A DNA stretch of 64,000 nucleotides from a virus. The translations under genes and the position numbers were made by a program. How positions within the stretch are numbered: the stretch's first letter is position 1; the number at the start of each line of letters is the position of its first letter. The notes under the pieces are model-generated. The model saw nothing but the letters and a program-made list of their open reading frames with translations. It did not search any database and was not told the origin of the DNA. The stretch covers positions 1 through 64,000 of IMG/VR virus record IMGVR_UViG_3300021961_011210; one strand, given 5' to 3'. Below, piece by piece: positions 26,755 through 36,704 of this stretch.

Positions 26755-28005
26755 ATGGGAGATTTAAAACCTATTGGAAGTGAAAAATTAACAGGACAGG
26801 CGAAACTTGCAAGAATCATGGAAATTGCAAGATATGGTGAAGCACCTAAGTCCGAGATAAATGAGACATCTACTAAAGAATACTCACGTGTATTAGCAGA
26901 TGGTTACACTTATGCTATCATCAAAGAAAAATCAGGATACATCATCAAAAAAGGTATCAACGAATCTGAGTTGGAATATATTGAACCAATGAAGAATAGA
27001 AAATATCACAAATCATTTTCACAAGCAATGAAAAAGGTTAATTTGGTTGCTGGTGAATTGAATAGGTTACATGAAAATCATGAGGGTTTATCTTTATTTG
27101 GTGAGCAAAAAAAGTTTGTTTTAAAAACTCCTGAAAGTGAAGTGGACGTGACTCCCGCACCGTCGGATGAACCAACTGATATTGCGGTTGATTCAGAACC
27201 TCAAACTGATGATGAGTTGGATATTGATATGAGTGCCGATGAAACACCTATGGGTGATGAGACGGATTTAGATATTACTGCGGATGATGAAGCTGAAGGT
27301 GACATCGATACCGATTTGGATGTTGAAATGGGAGGTGATGAAATGCCGAACGCAGATGATGAAGAAATGAGTTTCAAAACCATCGAAAAATTAACAGGTA
27401 AGTTGGGACAAAAATTAAGAAAAATGGATCAAGCTGAGGGTTTATCGTCAGATAATATGAAGTACGTTATAAATTCCATTTTGTCTGCTTTGGATTTAGA
27501 AAACTTAGATGAGGCTGATAGAGAAGACATCTTAGCGTATTTCGATGAAGATGAAGACAGTATTGATTATGGTGTTGATGATGAATCAGATTTAGATGTT
27601 GAAGTTGGTGATGAGCTTGACTTGGACATTGATTCGGATGTTGAACTTGAACCCGAAACTCAAGAAGTTGAAATGAAAGAAGACGATGGGAATAATACCA
27701 ACGAATTATATTCTGAGTCAAAAATTGATAGAGTACTTTCTAAGTATTATAAAGAAACAGAATCTGAACAAACTTTGAATGAAAATAAGAAGGTTCAGAA
27801 CTTCTTAAAAAACAAGATTAAAACTGTTTCTGTTAAATCAATGATTAGGGAATTCGCGGAAACTGTTGAGCAGGAATTGGCGTCAGAGTTTTTAGTGAAA
27901 GAAAGTGATAACCTGAAATTCATCGGTAAAACAAATTTAAAAAATTTGGTTTTTGAAGCTGATGGTAAAGAAGTAAAAATTACACGTTCAGGTGAGATAT
28001 TATGA
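26755..28005 (+). CDS. acidic head-morphogenesis-region protein
   Basis: MGDLKPIGSEKL leader, long D/E-rich linkers, operon upstream of terminase. Confidence 0.65.
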   Translation: MGDLKPIGSEKLTGQAKLARIMEIARYGEAPKSEINETSTKEYSRVLADGYTYAIIKEKSGYIIKKGINESELEYIEPMKNRKYHKSFSQAMKKVNLVAGELNRLHENHEGLSLFGEQKKFVLKTPESEVDVTPAPSDEPTDIAVDSEPQTDDELDIDMSADETPMGDETDLDITADDEAEGDIDTDLDVEMGGDEMPNADDEEMSFKTIEKLTGKLGQKLRKMDQAEGLSSDNMKYVINSILSALDLENLDEADREDILAYFDEDEDSIDYGVDDESDLDVEVGDELDLDIDSDVELEPETQEVEMKEDDGNNTNELYSESKIDRVLSKYYKETESEQTLNENKKVQNFLKNKIKTVSVKSMIREFAETVEQELASEFLVKESDNLKFIGKTNLKNLVFEADGKEVKITRSGEIL

Positions 28006-28412
28006 GTTTTTTAATCTACGTAAACGCTCTCGGACCTAATTATAAGGGAGACAATATTTACGAATTCATTTTTGGTGAAAACGTAGATAATGTTGAGGGT
28101 GATTACTGGGATTATGAACCTGCAGGTGGAAAACCAACACCACCAAATATAGAATTTATTAAGTCAGTCGGAGTTTTGAAAAATTCAGAAATAAATCTGA
28201 ACCTCATTCAAAATTCCGATTTTTTTTCAGTATATGATGCAGTTGAAAATGTAATTGCGTTGGCTTGGGAAAACACTGATTCAGAGTATGTAGTTAATGG
28301 ATATAAAAGATTAGTTTTTCATTACGGTGAAGATATTGCTAGTGTAAAAGATAAATTATACGAACGGGATACCGTTTTAAAATTCGATAAAAATTTAGTT
28401 GAAAATGAATAA
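28002..28412 (+). CDS. hypothetical protein
   Basis: ORF in morphogenesis operon. Confidence 0.7.
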   Translation: MSFLIYVNALGPNYKGDNIYEFIFGENVDNVEGDYWDYEPAGGKPTPPNIEFIKSVGVLKNSEINLNLIQNSDFFSVYDAVENVIALAWENTDSEYVVNGYKRLVFHYGEDIASVKDKLYERDTVLKFDKNLVENE

Positions 28413-29175
28413 ATTGAACCCAAAAATAGTAAGTTTGATTAAAGAAGGATTCAAGTATGAAACCCTTCGACAGTTGGATAATAAACAAATCGATGCGCTT
28501 TATAAAAGAATAGTGTCTGAAGTGACTATGGTTAGTAAAAGTGACACAGACACAATCAATAGACTTAAGTCAGAAAAAAAACCTTTTGAGGTTTACGAGG
28601 ACGATACTCTTGATGATGAAGATGCTTTGGGAGCAATGGCAATGCAAGGTGACACCGGACAGCAGATGCCTCACGATGCTGATGATATGGCACCAGACGG
28701 TATGAGTGATGATTCAGATGATGACAGAAAGATGATGTCGGACGGAGAGGTTAAAGAAAAGTTTCAATCAAAAGCACAGCAAGGTTATTTCTTTGCTAGA
28801 TGTGAAGAAGAAGGTCCAAAATCTAAATGGTGTAAAATGGCAGATGAATTTGCATCCAAAACTAAAAATTGGAAAAAATTACCTGAAAAAGTAAAAACAG
28901 AATCTTTCGATGAAAAAGTTGACATTATAGAGTCAACTTTACTAAATTTGATTCATAAGCACCTACCACCTCAAATGAGCAAAAAAGATTTTTTAGAGTT
29001 AGTTGAAGCAGATACAAAAGAAGCACCAACAAAAACCCCAACTAAGACTCCAAGTAAACCAGAAAGGAAAACCCCATATCAACCTAAACATAAGCCAGCT
29101 CCAAAAGCTGAACTTCCCAAAGAATTAAAGTTTGGAAGTTTAAAAATTAAATTCAAGGATGAAAAGAAAGATTAA
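28399..29175 (+). CDS. hypothetical protein
   Basis: ORF in operon; acidic and K/P-rich segments. Confidence 0.7.
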   Translation: MKMNKLNPKIVSLIKEGFKYETLRQLDNKQIDALYKRIVSEVTMVSKSDTDTINRLKSEKKPFEVYEDDTLDDEDALGAMAMQGDTGQQMPHDADDMAPDGMSDDSDDDRKMMSDGEVKEKFQSKAQQGYFFARCEEEGPKSKWCKMADEFASKTKNWKKLPEKVKTESFDEKVDIIESTLLNLIHKHLPPQMSKKDFLELVEADTKEAPTKTPTKTPSKPERKTPYQPKHKPAPKAELPKELKFGSLKIKFKDEKKD

Positions 29176-30421
29176 CGAAGCACCTATATCTTATGATTCA
29201 CCCGAAAGGATGGATCCGAGTTTACAGTCCAAATTAGAAAAAGGAGAAACACCATTTTCAGAAAATCCAGCTTTACCAAGTTCTGAACCTGATTCTTTTG
29301 AAGAAATAATTGCATCCAAAAGATTTAAAGATGTCGTTGAAAAGGTAAAAAGATATACTGGTTTACAAACCGTAACAAATCAAAATGCATTCATGCAGTT
29401 ACAAATGATGATGATGAATGCGGTACGTGAAGTAAAAGGTATAGAAAACAGACATACAGAGGAACTTGAAAACTTGGCAATTGAATTAGTAAAGAAAGAG
29501 TTGGCAATACCTGAGGATGCTTTTCAGTATGATGTCCAACTATCAACGGGTATGGGACAGGTTGACACAAGTAAAATGAGGAAAACTTCAGAAGAACCTA
29601 CACCCGAAGAAATACAACAAGAATTTAACGTATCTGAAGATGAAGCTGAAGAGGACATTTTGAATTTCATTGATGCGTTCGAAAAATTCGACTTGGAAAA
29701 AGCAAAAAGAAGATTTATCAACTCACTTATACAAGGAGCATCTAAGAAAGGACATTATATGTTCGAATTAATAAGTACAGAATTGAATGCAATCGATAAT
29801 AGATTATTGAATCTTTACGGGGTTTTAATGTCTATTAATGATTTGTTATATTGGGTGATGCCTGACGAAATGATGCAAATGATGAGTGGTTCGGGACAAA
29901 GTGCTGAGGGTAGTACGGAGGTTGATCCAGAAACTGATCCTCCAACAATTAAAGCTAAAGGTTTATTTTTCCCCATTCTTGTTCACGAAATTATCAAAGG
30001 GGTTTATGAAGTACTTGGAAGTCAGGGATTGCCTGATGATCCCAAGAAGGCTGAAATGGTTATGGCGTCCCAAGACACTCTTCCTTATGAAATATGGGAT
30101 TTAAGGTTAGGTCCCGTAATTTGGGAAAAGTTTGTAGAGGCATATCCTGACGAACTTTTTGAAGATGACATGAGAGAAATTCAAAATTATTTATTCTCAA
30201 GATTTTCAATGCTAACAACTGAAGAATTCTTCGAAGTCGCTAAATTAATATTGTCAGGTTCAAAAGAAGGTAAAACTGTTGTTAAAAAAATGGTTGACGA
30301 AATTGTAGAAGAATTGCGTAACGAAGAGTATAAATCAGTAATGGATTTGATGTCGGACGAAGAAGATGATGACGACTTTACAGATTTCTTAGGTTCTTTG
30401 GGGATAGGACCTTCAAAATAA
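29159..30421 (+). CDS. hypothetical protein upstream of terminase
   Basis: 420-aa ORF. Confidence 0.7.
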   Translation: MKRKINEAPISYDSPERMDPSLQSKLEKGETPFSENPALPSSEPDSFEEIIASKRFKDVVEKVKRYTGLQTVTNQNAFMQLQMMMMNAVREVKGIENRHTEELENLAIELVKKELAIPEDAFQYDVQLSTGMGQVDTSKMRKTSEEPTPEEIQQEFNVSEDEAEEDILNFIDAFEKFDLEKAKRRFINSLIQGASKKGHYMFELISTELNAIDNRLLNLYGVLMSINDLLYWVMPDEMMQMMSGSGQSAEGSTEVDPETDPPTIKAKGLFFPILVHEIIKGVYEVLGSQGLPDDPKKAEMVMASQDTLPYEIWDLRLGPVIWEKFVEAYPDELFEDDMREIQNYLFSRFSMLTTEEFFEVAKLILSGSKEGKTVVKKMVDEIVEELRNEEYKSVMDLMSDEEDDDDFTDFLGSLGIGPSK

Positions 30422-30444
30422 ACTACTCAAAATGATAAACCCCT

Positions 30445-32202
30445 TTGACAAAAGAACAAGTATTACTCGAATATGCTAAGTGCTTAAAGAATACACCTTA
30501 CGCGCTTAAAACTTATTTGCAAACATACGATAATACACAGTCAAGATATGTCCCTTTGGAATTATTTCCAGATCAGGTTCACCTGATTGAGGACTATGAT
30601 ACTTTTGAGGAAAATATCGCACTGAAGTACAGACAAGCAGGAGTGTCTACAGTTACTTCAGCATGGGCATCGAAAAGATTGGTTTTTGCAAAAAAAACTA
30701 AACCTGAAAAAATTCTGATTATCGCCAACAAGCAAGACACTGCAATTGAAATGGCAAATAAAATTCGTTCGTTTGTGGAGCAGTGGCCTTCATGGGTTGG
30801 GGTTGGTTTTTCTAATGAAAAAAATGCTCAAAAACATTTTAAATTAAGTAATGGTTGTGAAGTTAAAGCGGTTGCAACATCCAAAGACGCTTTGCGTGGG
30901 TATACTCCCACGATATTGATATTTGACGAAGCCGCATACATTGATGCTGATGAAGATTTCTGGTCGGCATGTATGGCTTCCCTTTCTACGGGTGGTAAAG
31001 TAATTGTAATTAGCACCCCTAACGGATTCGATCCAATATATTATGGAATCTACGAACAAGCACTCAGAGGTATGAATGATTTCAAGATTACCGAAATGTT
31101 TTGGTATAGGGACCCGAGGTATTCCAAAGATTTGAAATTGTTAAAAGTGAAAGATATTGTCCATTACATGTTAAACAGAGAGGATTACAAGGATGATGAA
31201 ATAACTTTGGATTATAGTGATGTATCACCAAGAGAAAGAAATTTTGAAGAAATTAAAACAAAATTTAATGATGGTTATAAACCATACTCATCTTGGTTTG
31301 AATCTATGGCAAAAAAACTCAAGTTTGACAGAAGGAAAATCGCACAGGAATTAGAATGTAATTTTTTAGGTTCGGGTGATAGTGTTATACCTTCTGACAC
31401 AATAGAAAGAATCAAAGAAAATTATATTACCAATCCTGAACATAAATTCATGGGAGGAGCTTTATGGCAGTGGAAAGAACCTGTAATGGGACATAAATAC
31501 ATTATGGGTATTGACGTATCTCGTGGTGATTCCGAAGATTTCACAACTTTTAGTATCATCGATTTTGATGAAAGAGAGCAGGTATTGGAATACTTAGGCA
31601 AAATTCCACCTGACGTTGCGGCTGAAGTTGCAATCAAATGGGCGGTTATGTATAACGCATTTGTGGTTATTGATATCACTGGGGGCATGGGTGTATCAAC
31701 TTCAAGGAAAATGCAGGAACTTGGGTACAAAAATCTATATGTTGATGGGGTTAATTTTGCTGACAAATGGAAATACAATCCAAAGGCGGATGAAAAGATA
31801 CCTGGAATCAATTTTAATAGCAAAAGGGTTCAGATTGTCGCCGCATTCGAAGAGGCTTTGAGACATGGATTTAAAATAAGATCCAGCAGACTTTTGAACG
31901 AATTGAATACTTTTGTTTATGTTAATGGGCGTCCCGATCACCTTAAAGGGCAACATGACGATTTAATTATGGCTTGTGCAATGCCGATATATGTTGGTGA
32001 AACTTCATTTGCCCAACTTGACAAAGTCACTGAGGTTACAAAGGCTATGGTTGAAAGTTGGACTGTAAATTCTATACCCAATAACCATGTTACTGACTTC
32101 GATCCGAATGTTCCTGTATTCCCAAATGAGAGACTGAGTCAATTCAACACTAACCCTACAAGAGAAGAGTATTTGAAGTATTCTTGGTTATTTGGCAAAT
32201 AA
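30445..32202 (+). CDS. terL: terminase large subunit (T4 gp17-like)
   Basis: Walker A KYRQAGVS, Walker B LIFDEAA, ISTPNG, RNaseH-like GIDVSRG..DF, HDDL. Confidence 0.93.
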   Translation: MTKEQVLLEYAKCLKNTPYALKTYLQTYDNTQSRYVPLELFPDQVHLIEDYDTFEENIALKYRQAGVSTVTSAWASKRLVFAKKTKPEKILIIANKQDTAIEMANKIRSFVEQWPSWVGVGFSNEKNAQKHFKLSNGCEVKAVATSKDALRGYTPTILIFDEAAYIDADEDFWSACMASLSTGGKVIVISTPNGFDPIYYGIYEQALRGMNDFKITEMFWYRDPRYSKDLKLLKVKDIVHYMLNREDYKDDEITLDYSDVSPRERNFEEIKTKFNDGYKPYSSWFESMAKKLKFDRRKIAQELECNFLGSGDSVIPSDTIERIKENYITNPEHKFMGGALWQWKEPVMGHKYIMGIDVSRGDSEDFTTFSIIDFDEREQVLEYLGKIPPDVAAEVAIKWAVMYNAFVVIDITGGMGVSTSRKMQELGYKNLYVDGVNFADKWKYNPKADEKIPGINFNSKRVQIVAAFEEALRHGFKIRSSRLLNELNTFVYVNGRPDHLKGQHDDLIMACAMPIYVGETSFAQLDKVTEVTKAMVESWTVNSIPNNHVTDFDPNVPVFPNERLSQFNTNPTREEYLKYSWLFGK

Positions 32203-32250
32203 ACTTTAGTTTAATTATCTAAAGATTACTATTTATTATAAAATTCGTAC

Positions 32251-34098
32251 ATGGCAGATAATTTGACAGTTTGGCAAAGATTAAGTAAGGTTTTCGGTCC
32301 TGATTCTACACTGGATCAGCAGAGTCCTGTTTATCAATTTGATAAAAAGGAACTGTTGAGAACAACTTCCAAACAAGAGTACGAGAAAGAAAAACTTGAA
32401 GCACAGCAAACATTATATCTTGGACAACAATGGGCAAAGGTTGAAAGTAATCTCTACACCCAGTCTGTGTATTACGAACCAACAAGACTTTCGGCGTTCT
32501 ACGACTATGAGAGTATGGAATACACACCCGAGATATCCGCCGCTTTAGACATCTATGCAGAAGAATCTACAACCACAAATGAAAACGGTTTCATGTTGCA
32601 GATTTATTCTGAGTCTAAAAGAATCAAGTCAGTACTAGCCGATTTGTTCAACAATAAGTTGGATGTAAATACCAACCTACCAATGTGGACAAGAAATACT
32701 TGTAAATACGGTGACAATTTTGTTTATCTGAAATTAGATCCTGAAAAGGGAGTTGTAGGTTGTCAACAACTACCAAACATTGAGTTGGAAAGAATTGAAA
32801 GGGGTATGAAGTATAAACCTTTAGATCAGAACAAACAAGGTGAGAGTAGAGGTTTAAAATTTACATGGAAAAACAAAGATTTGGAATTCAACACTTGGGA
32901 AATTGCACACTTCCGTCTTTTGGGTGATGATAGAAAATTACCCTACGGTACGTCAATGTTGGAAAAGGCTAGAAGAATTTGGAAACAACTTCTTCTTTCT
33001 GAAGATGCAATGATGATATATCGTGTATCACGAGCGCCCGAAAGAAGAGTATTCAAAGTATTTGTTGGAAATATGGATGATAAAGATGTTGAACCATATG
33101 TACAACGTGTTGCTAATAAATTCAAAAGGGATACAGTGGTGGACAACAAAACGGGTAATGTTGATTTGAGATATAATCAAATGGCTGTCGATCAAGATTA
33201 CTTCATTCCTGTAAGAGATCCGAATGCACCTAACCCTATTGATACACTACCAGGTGCTACAAACCTTTCAGAAATTGCTGACATTGAATATATCCAAAAG
33301 AAATTACTTACAGCGTTAAGAGTACCAAAAGCTTTCTTAGGATTTGAAGAGGCGGTGGGTGATGGTAAAAACTTAGCTCTACAAGATATACGATTCGCAA
33401 GAACTATCAATAAGATTCAAAAATCGATGATTCAAGAATTGAATAAGATTGCAATCATCCACCTTTATGTTTTGGGTTTTGAAGATGAATTGGCTAACTT
33501 TACCTTATCATTGACAAACCCATCTACACAAGCAGATTTACTGAAGGTAGAAAATTGGCAACAAAAAATTCAACTGTATAAAGATGCTGTTGCTGATCCA
33601 GGAAATGGTATACAACCCGTTTCATCATCTTGGGCTAAAAAACATATTTTAGGGTTTTCGGATGAAGAAATTAAATTAGACATCCAACAACAACGAATCG
33701 AAAAAGCAGTTGCATCTGAACTGGAAAAAACACCTGAAGTTATTATACACACAGGATTGTTCGATAACATCGATAAATTATATGGTAAGAAACCTGGAGA
33801 AGAGGCACCTGAAGGTGGTGGGGAAGATGAGGGTGGAATCGGAGATTTAGGTGCAGATTTGGGTGGTGATTTAGGAGCCGAATTAGGTGGTGCCGGAATT
33901 ACTGACACCGGAGGTGCTGAAACTGAAACACCTGAAACCCCTGTTGGTGAAACAGTCCCCGAGTCTAAAGAAAAGGATTTGAATTTAATTTTGGAAACAA
34001 ACGATTTTTTACAAGAAGATTTAGAGATTGATTTGTCCAAGGCAAAAACTCCCTTGAGTGAGATTTCAAAAAAACTTGGTGAGTTATTAAATGAATGA
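32251..34098 (+). CDS. portal protein (T4 gp20-like)
   Basis: PEISAALDIYAEE, PYGTSMLE, EDAMMIYRVSRAPERRVF, DYFIP, LPG, ALRVPK. Confidence 0.93.
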   Translation: MADNLTVWQRLSKVFGPDSTLDQQSPVYQFDKKELLRTTSKQEYEKEKLEAQQTLYLGQQWAKVESNLYTQSVYYEPTRLSAFYDYESMEYTPEISAALDIYAEESTTTNENGFMLQIYSESKRIKSVLADLFNNKLDVNTNLPMWTRNTCKYGDNFVYLKLDPEKGVVGCQQLPNIELERIERGMKYKPLDQNKQGESRGLKFTWKNKDLEFNTWEIAHFRLLGDDRKLPYGTSMLEKARRIWKQLLLSEDAMMIYRVSRAPERRVFKVFVGNMDDKDVEPYVQRVANKFKRDTVVDNKTGNVDLRYNQMAVDQDYFIPVRDPNAPNPIDTLPGATNLSEIADIEYIQKKLLTALRVPKAFLGFEEAVGDGKNLALQDIRFARTINKIQKSMIQELNKIAIIHLYVLGFEDELANFTLSLTNPSTQADLLKVENWQQKIQLYKDAVADPGNGIQPVSSSWAKKHILGFSDEEIKLDIQQQRIEKAVASELEKTPEVIIHTGLFDNIDKLYGKKPGEEAPEGGGEDEGGIGDLGADLGGDLGAELGGAGITDTGGAETETPETPVGETVPESKEKDLNLILETNDFLQEDLEIDLSKAKTPLSEISKKLGELLNE

Positions 34099-34119
34099 TA
34101 TTTATAAAATAAAATATCT

Positions 34120-34851
34120 ATGAAATCGTTCGGACAAATTAAAAGTAATTTTGAAACTGCTTTAGTTAAAAACTATGGTAAAGACTCTTTCAAGTCTATA
34201 ATCAAAAACTTTAAAACCGTTGTTTTGGAGAGTAAAAGTCTTTCTAAGATTTTTTATCTTTATGATGACTTATTGACAAAAAAGTCTTTGTCCGAAGAAG
34301 TTGCTGTTGAATATCTGAATGAAAGTTTATCAACCTTAAAAGATTTAATAGAGAAATCCAAAGGTGAAATAGAATCTCTCCAAATGTGGGTTGATACTTT
34401 GGTTGAAAGCGATTGTGAGAATCAATACATCAATATTGATACGGTATTATACTCAAATTCAGTAACAAAATTACAACAAGTTGCAGAGGCTAAACTTTCA
34501 ATAAAAAAGTTAATCACTTCCAAAGATACAACAAAACTAAACGAGTCACTCAATTTACCATTATCTTCAATGTTGAGAATAGCGACAAACACATTCAACA
34601 ATGAGTATTCACATTTAAACGAACAAGACAAAACTACACTCAAACATTTGTTGTCTTTAAATAAAACTGAGTTAGTTGAAGAATACAACAAAACCAAGGA
34701 AGAGGTAATGTCGAAGTTAAGTGAATCGTTGAGCTCAAGTGAAGATTCGGATTTGAAGGAAACAATTCAGCAGACAATTAACAAAATTAATGAGTCAGAA
34801 ATCGAGCTTGTTTCTTTGTACAAACTAACGCAACTGAAGGAAAATCTTTAA
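34120..34851 (+). CDS. hypothetical head-region protein
   Basis: helical ORF after portal; TATTTAT upstream. Confidence 0.7.
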   Translation: MKSFGQIKSNFETALVKNYGKDSFKSIIKNFKTVVLESKSLSKIFYLYDDLLTKKSLSEEVAVEYLNESLSTLKDLIEKSKGEIESLQMWVDTLVESDCENQYINIDTVLYSNSVTKLQQVAEAKLSIKKLITSKDTTKLNESLNLPLSSMLRIATNTFNNEYSHLNEQDKTTLKHLLSLNKTELVEEYNKTKEEVMSKLSESLSSSEDSDLKETIQQTINKINESEIELVSLYKLTQLKENL

Positions 34852-35042
34852 TCCTGTTCTTTTGATTTTACGGAATTAGTATAGACTGCTTTAAGTTTAT
34901 CTTTTCGTCTTTGTACTGATTTTTTTACAAATTCCTGTTTTTTTCTAAGATACTCTAATTGTTTAGTTTTTATAACTTTATACTTGTATTTTTTGAGTGC
35001 CTTATCAATGTTTTCACCTTTTTTTATTTCGATGTGAATCAT
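34848..35042 (-). CDS. rpsU: 30S ribosomal protein bS21
   Basis: I..GENIDKALKKYK.KV.KT....LR..QEF.K.SV.RR...KA.Y. Confidence 0.9.
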   Translation of the reverse strand: MIHIEIKKGENIDKALKKYKYKVIKTKQLEYLRKKQEFVKKSVQRRKDKLKAVYTNSVKSKEQD

Positions 35043-35144
35043 AATTTTTTTTTAATAAATATGAATGTTTTGACAGTTTTTGACAATTGTTAATTTAATT
35101 TTTATTATTGTACATATAATAAACATTTTACATTTATATGATTA

Positions 35145-35600
35145 ATGAAAAAAGGAAAAACTTCCAAGATAAACTTGTTCGAAAAGGCAAAATGTCATTA
35201 CGGAACAGTAGATTCTAAAAATTTTAAGTCCGTCTATATCGTTTTACAAAGTTGGGTTTGTCCAAAAAAAGAACTAGAACAATGGGAAAGAACAACTTCT
35301 AATTTACACAGAAAAATAAAACATACGGTATGTGAGGTATTGGACTCACTTTATTTCGATAAAAATTTTATTGTTGATTTGGATTTGAGAAGTAGTGGAA
35401 TTCAAATGGAAAAACGAAGTTTTATGAATTTGGAAATTACTTTGTTTTTAAAAAATGAAGTTGATTTCAAAAGTCCAATTTTGAAAGACAAACTAAAAAC
35501 TATCATTAGTAGTGTTTATAAGTTTGACTTATTAGACTCTGAACATTTCTCACTTCATAAAACAAAAACAGAAAAAGCAATAGATATTCAAGATTTATGA
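35145..35600 (+). CDS. hypothetical protein
   Basis: ORF divergent from rpsU. Confidence 0.7.
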   Translation: MKKGKTSKINLFEKAKCHYGTVDSKNFKSVYIVLQSWVCPKKELEQWERTTSNLHRKIKHTVCEVLDSLYFDKNFIVDLDLRSSGIQMEKRSFMNLEITLFLKNEVDFKSPILKDKLKTIISSVYKFDLLDSEHFSLHKTKTEKAIDIQDL

Positions 35601-35622
35601 GTATTTATATAAAAAAAATTCT

Positions 35623-36348
35623 ATGAAAGTTTTAAGTCCGAATGAGATTGGTAAAGGAATTCTTATTGAATACGATGCGGGGCACGTATCACCCTACGAT
35701 ACGAGAAATCTCGAAGTTTTAAGAGAACAAAAAACCCAACTCGATTATTCAAAACCTTTTGAATTCTATGCGGTTTTGCAAAAGTTTAACACCCCTAATC
35801 GTAACGGAAGAATTTATCCCGAAAAAGTACTTAGAAGAGAAGCCGAAAATTACAAAAAAGCTATTGAAAAAGGGACTGCACTTTCTGAATTAAACCATCC
35901 TGAATCTTCATTGATTGACTTAGATAGGGTATCACATATCATCACAGATATTTGGTGGGAAGGAAATGTTTTGATGGGTAAGTTAAAATTATTGACATCT
36001 CCTGGTTTTCATGAAAGAGGTGTGATTTCTTGTAAAGGTGATATGGCGGCGAACTATCTAAGACAAGGTGTTACCATGGGCGTCTCATCTAGAGGAGTCG
36101 GTTCACTTGTAAAAAAGGGAGAACAAAATGAAGTTCAAGACGATTTCGAATTAATTTGTTTTGACTTAGTGTCTTCCCCGTCAACTCCAGGTGCATATCT
36201 ATTTTCCAACAAGGAAGACAGATACAAATATGACGAGAACTTAGAAGAAGAAAAAAAATTAAAAGATGAAAGAGTTATATCATCAACATCTAAAATGGAT
36301 AAGTCACTTGACTTAATGAAAAAATTATCAGATTATTTGGGAAATTAA
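35623..36348 (+). CDS. prohead core protease (T4 gp21-like)
   Basis: NRNGRIYP, ELNHP, VSH, GVSSRGVGS, DLVSSPS. Confidence 0.92.
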   Translation: MKVLSPNEIGKGILIEYDAGHVSPYDTRNLEVLREQKTQLDYSKPFEFYAVLQKFNTPNRNGRIYPEKVLRREAENYKKAIEKGTALSELNHPESSLIDLDRVSHIITDIWWEGNVLMGKLKLLTSPGFHERGVISCKGDMAANYLRQGVTMGVSSRGVGSLVKKGEQNEVQDDFELICFDLVSSPSTPGAYLFSNKEDRYKYDENLEEEKKLKDERVISSTSKMDKSLDLMKKLSDYLGN

Positions 36349-36354
36349 TTAACA

Positions 36355-36561
36355 ATGGACGAAAAATATTTTATAGCAAAAGTACAATACGATTTGCCTG
36401 ATGAAAACTCAGGACGTATTAAAAAAATCCGCGAAGAGAAATTAGTTCAAGGATACAACGTTACGGAAGTAGAGGCGAAAGTAACAAAAAAATTTGAAGG
36501 GTTTCCACATGATTGGAGAATCACTTCAGTAGCTGAAAGTAAAATTGATGAAGTTTTTTAA
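36355..36561 (+). CDS. small protein (DUF4494-like)
   Basis: YF.AKV.Y......G.IKK..E..LV....TE.EA...I..V.ES.I.EV. Confidence 0.55.
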   Translation: MDEKYFIAKVQYDLPDENSGRIKKIREEKLVQGYNVTEVEAKVTKKFEGFPHDWRITSVAESKIDEVF

Positions 36562-36589
36562 ATTTTTTATTTAATTTTTTTTGATTAAG

Positions 36590-36616
36590 ATCAGGACTCA
36601 GTCCTGATTTTTTTTT
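36590..36616 (+). terminator. intrinsic terminator
   Basis: ATCAGGAC-TCA-GTCCTGAT followed by T-run. Confidence 0.7.
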
Positions 36617-36704
36617 GATCCAAATATTGTAATGTCAAATTTTTTGTAAAATGGATATATTTATAGAGTAAAATAAACCAAAACGTTTGCAAAAAAAAAT
36701 AAAG

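Noticed and set aside
35069-35090. TTTGACA direct repeat between rpsU and the divergent gene
   Set aside because: Short and AT-rich; could be promoter -33 elements, with too little support for a separate call
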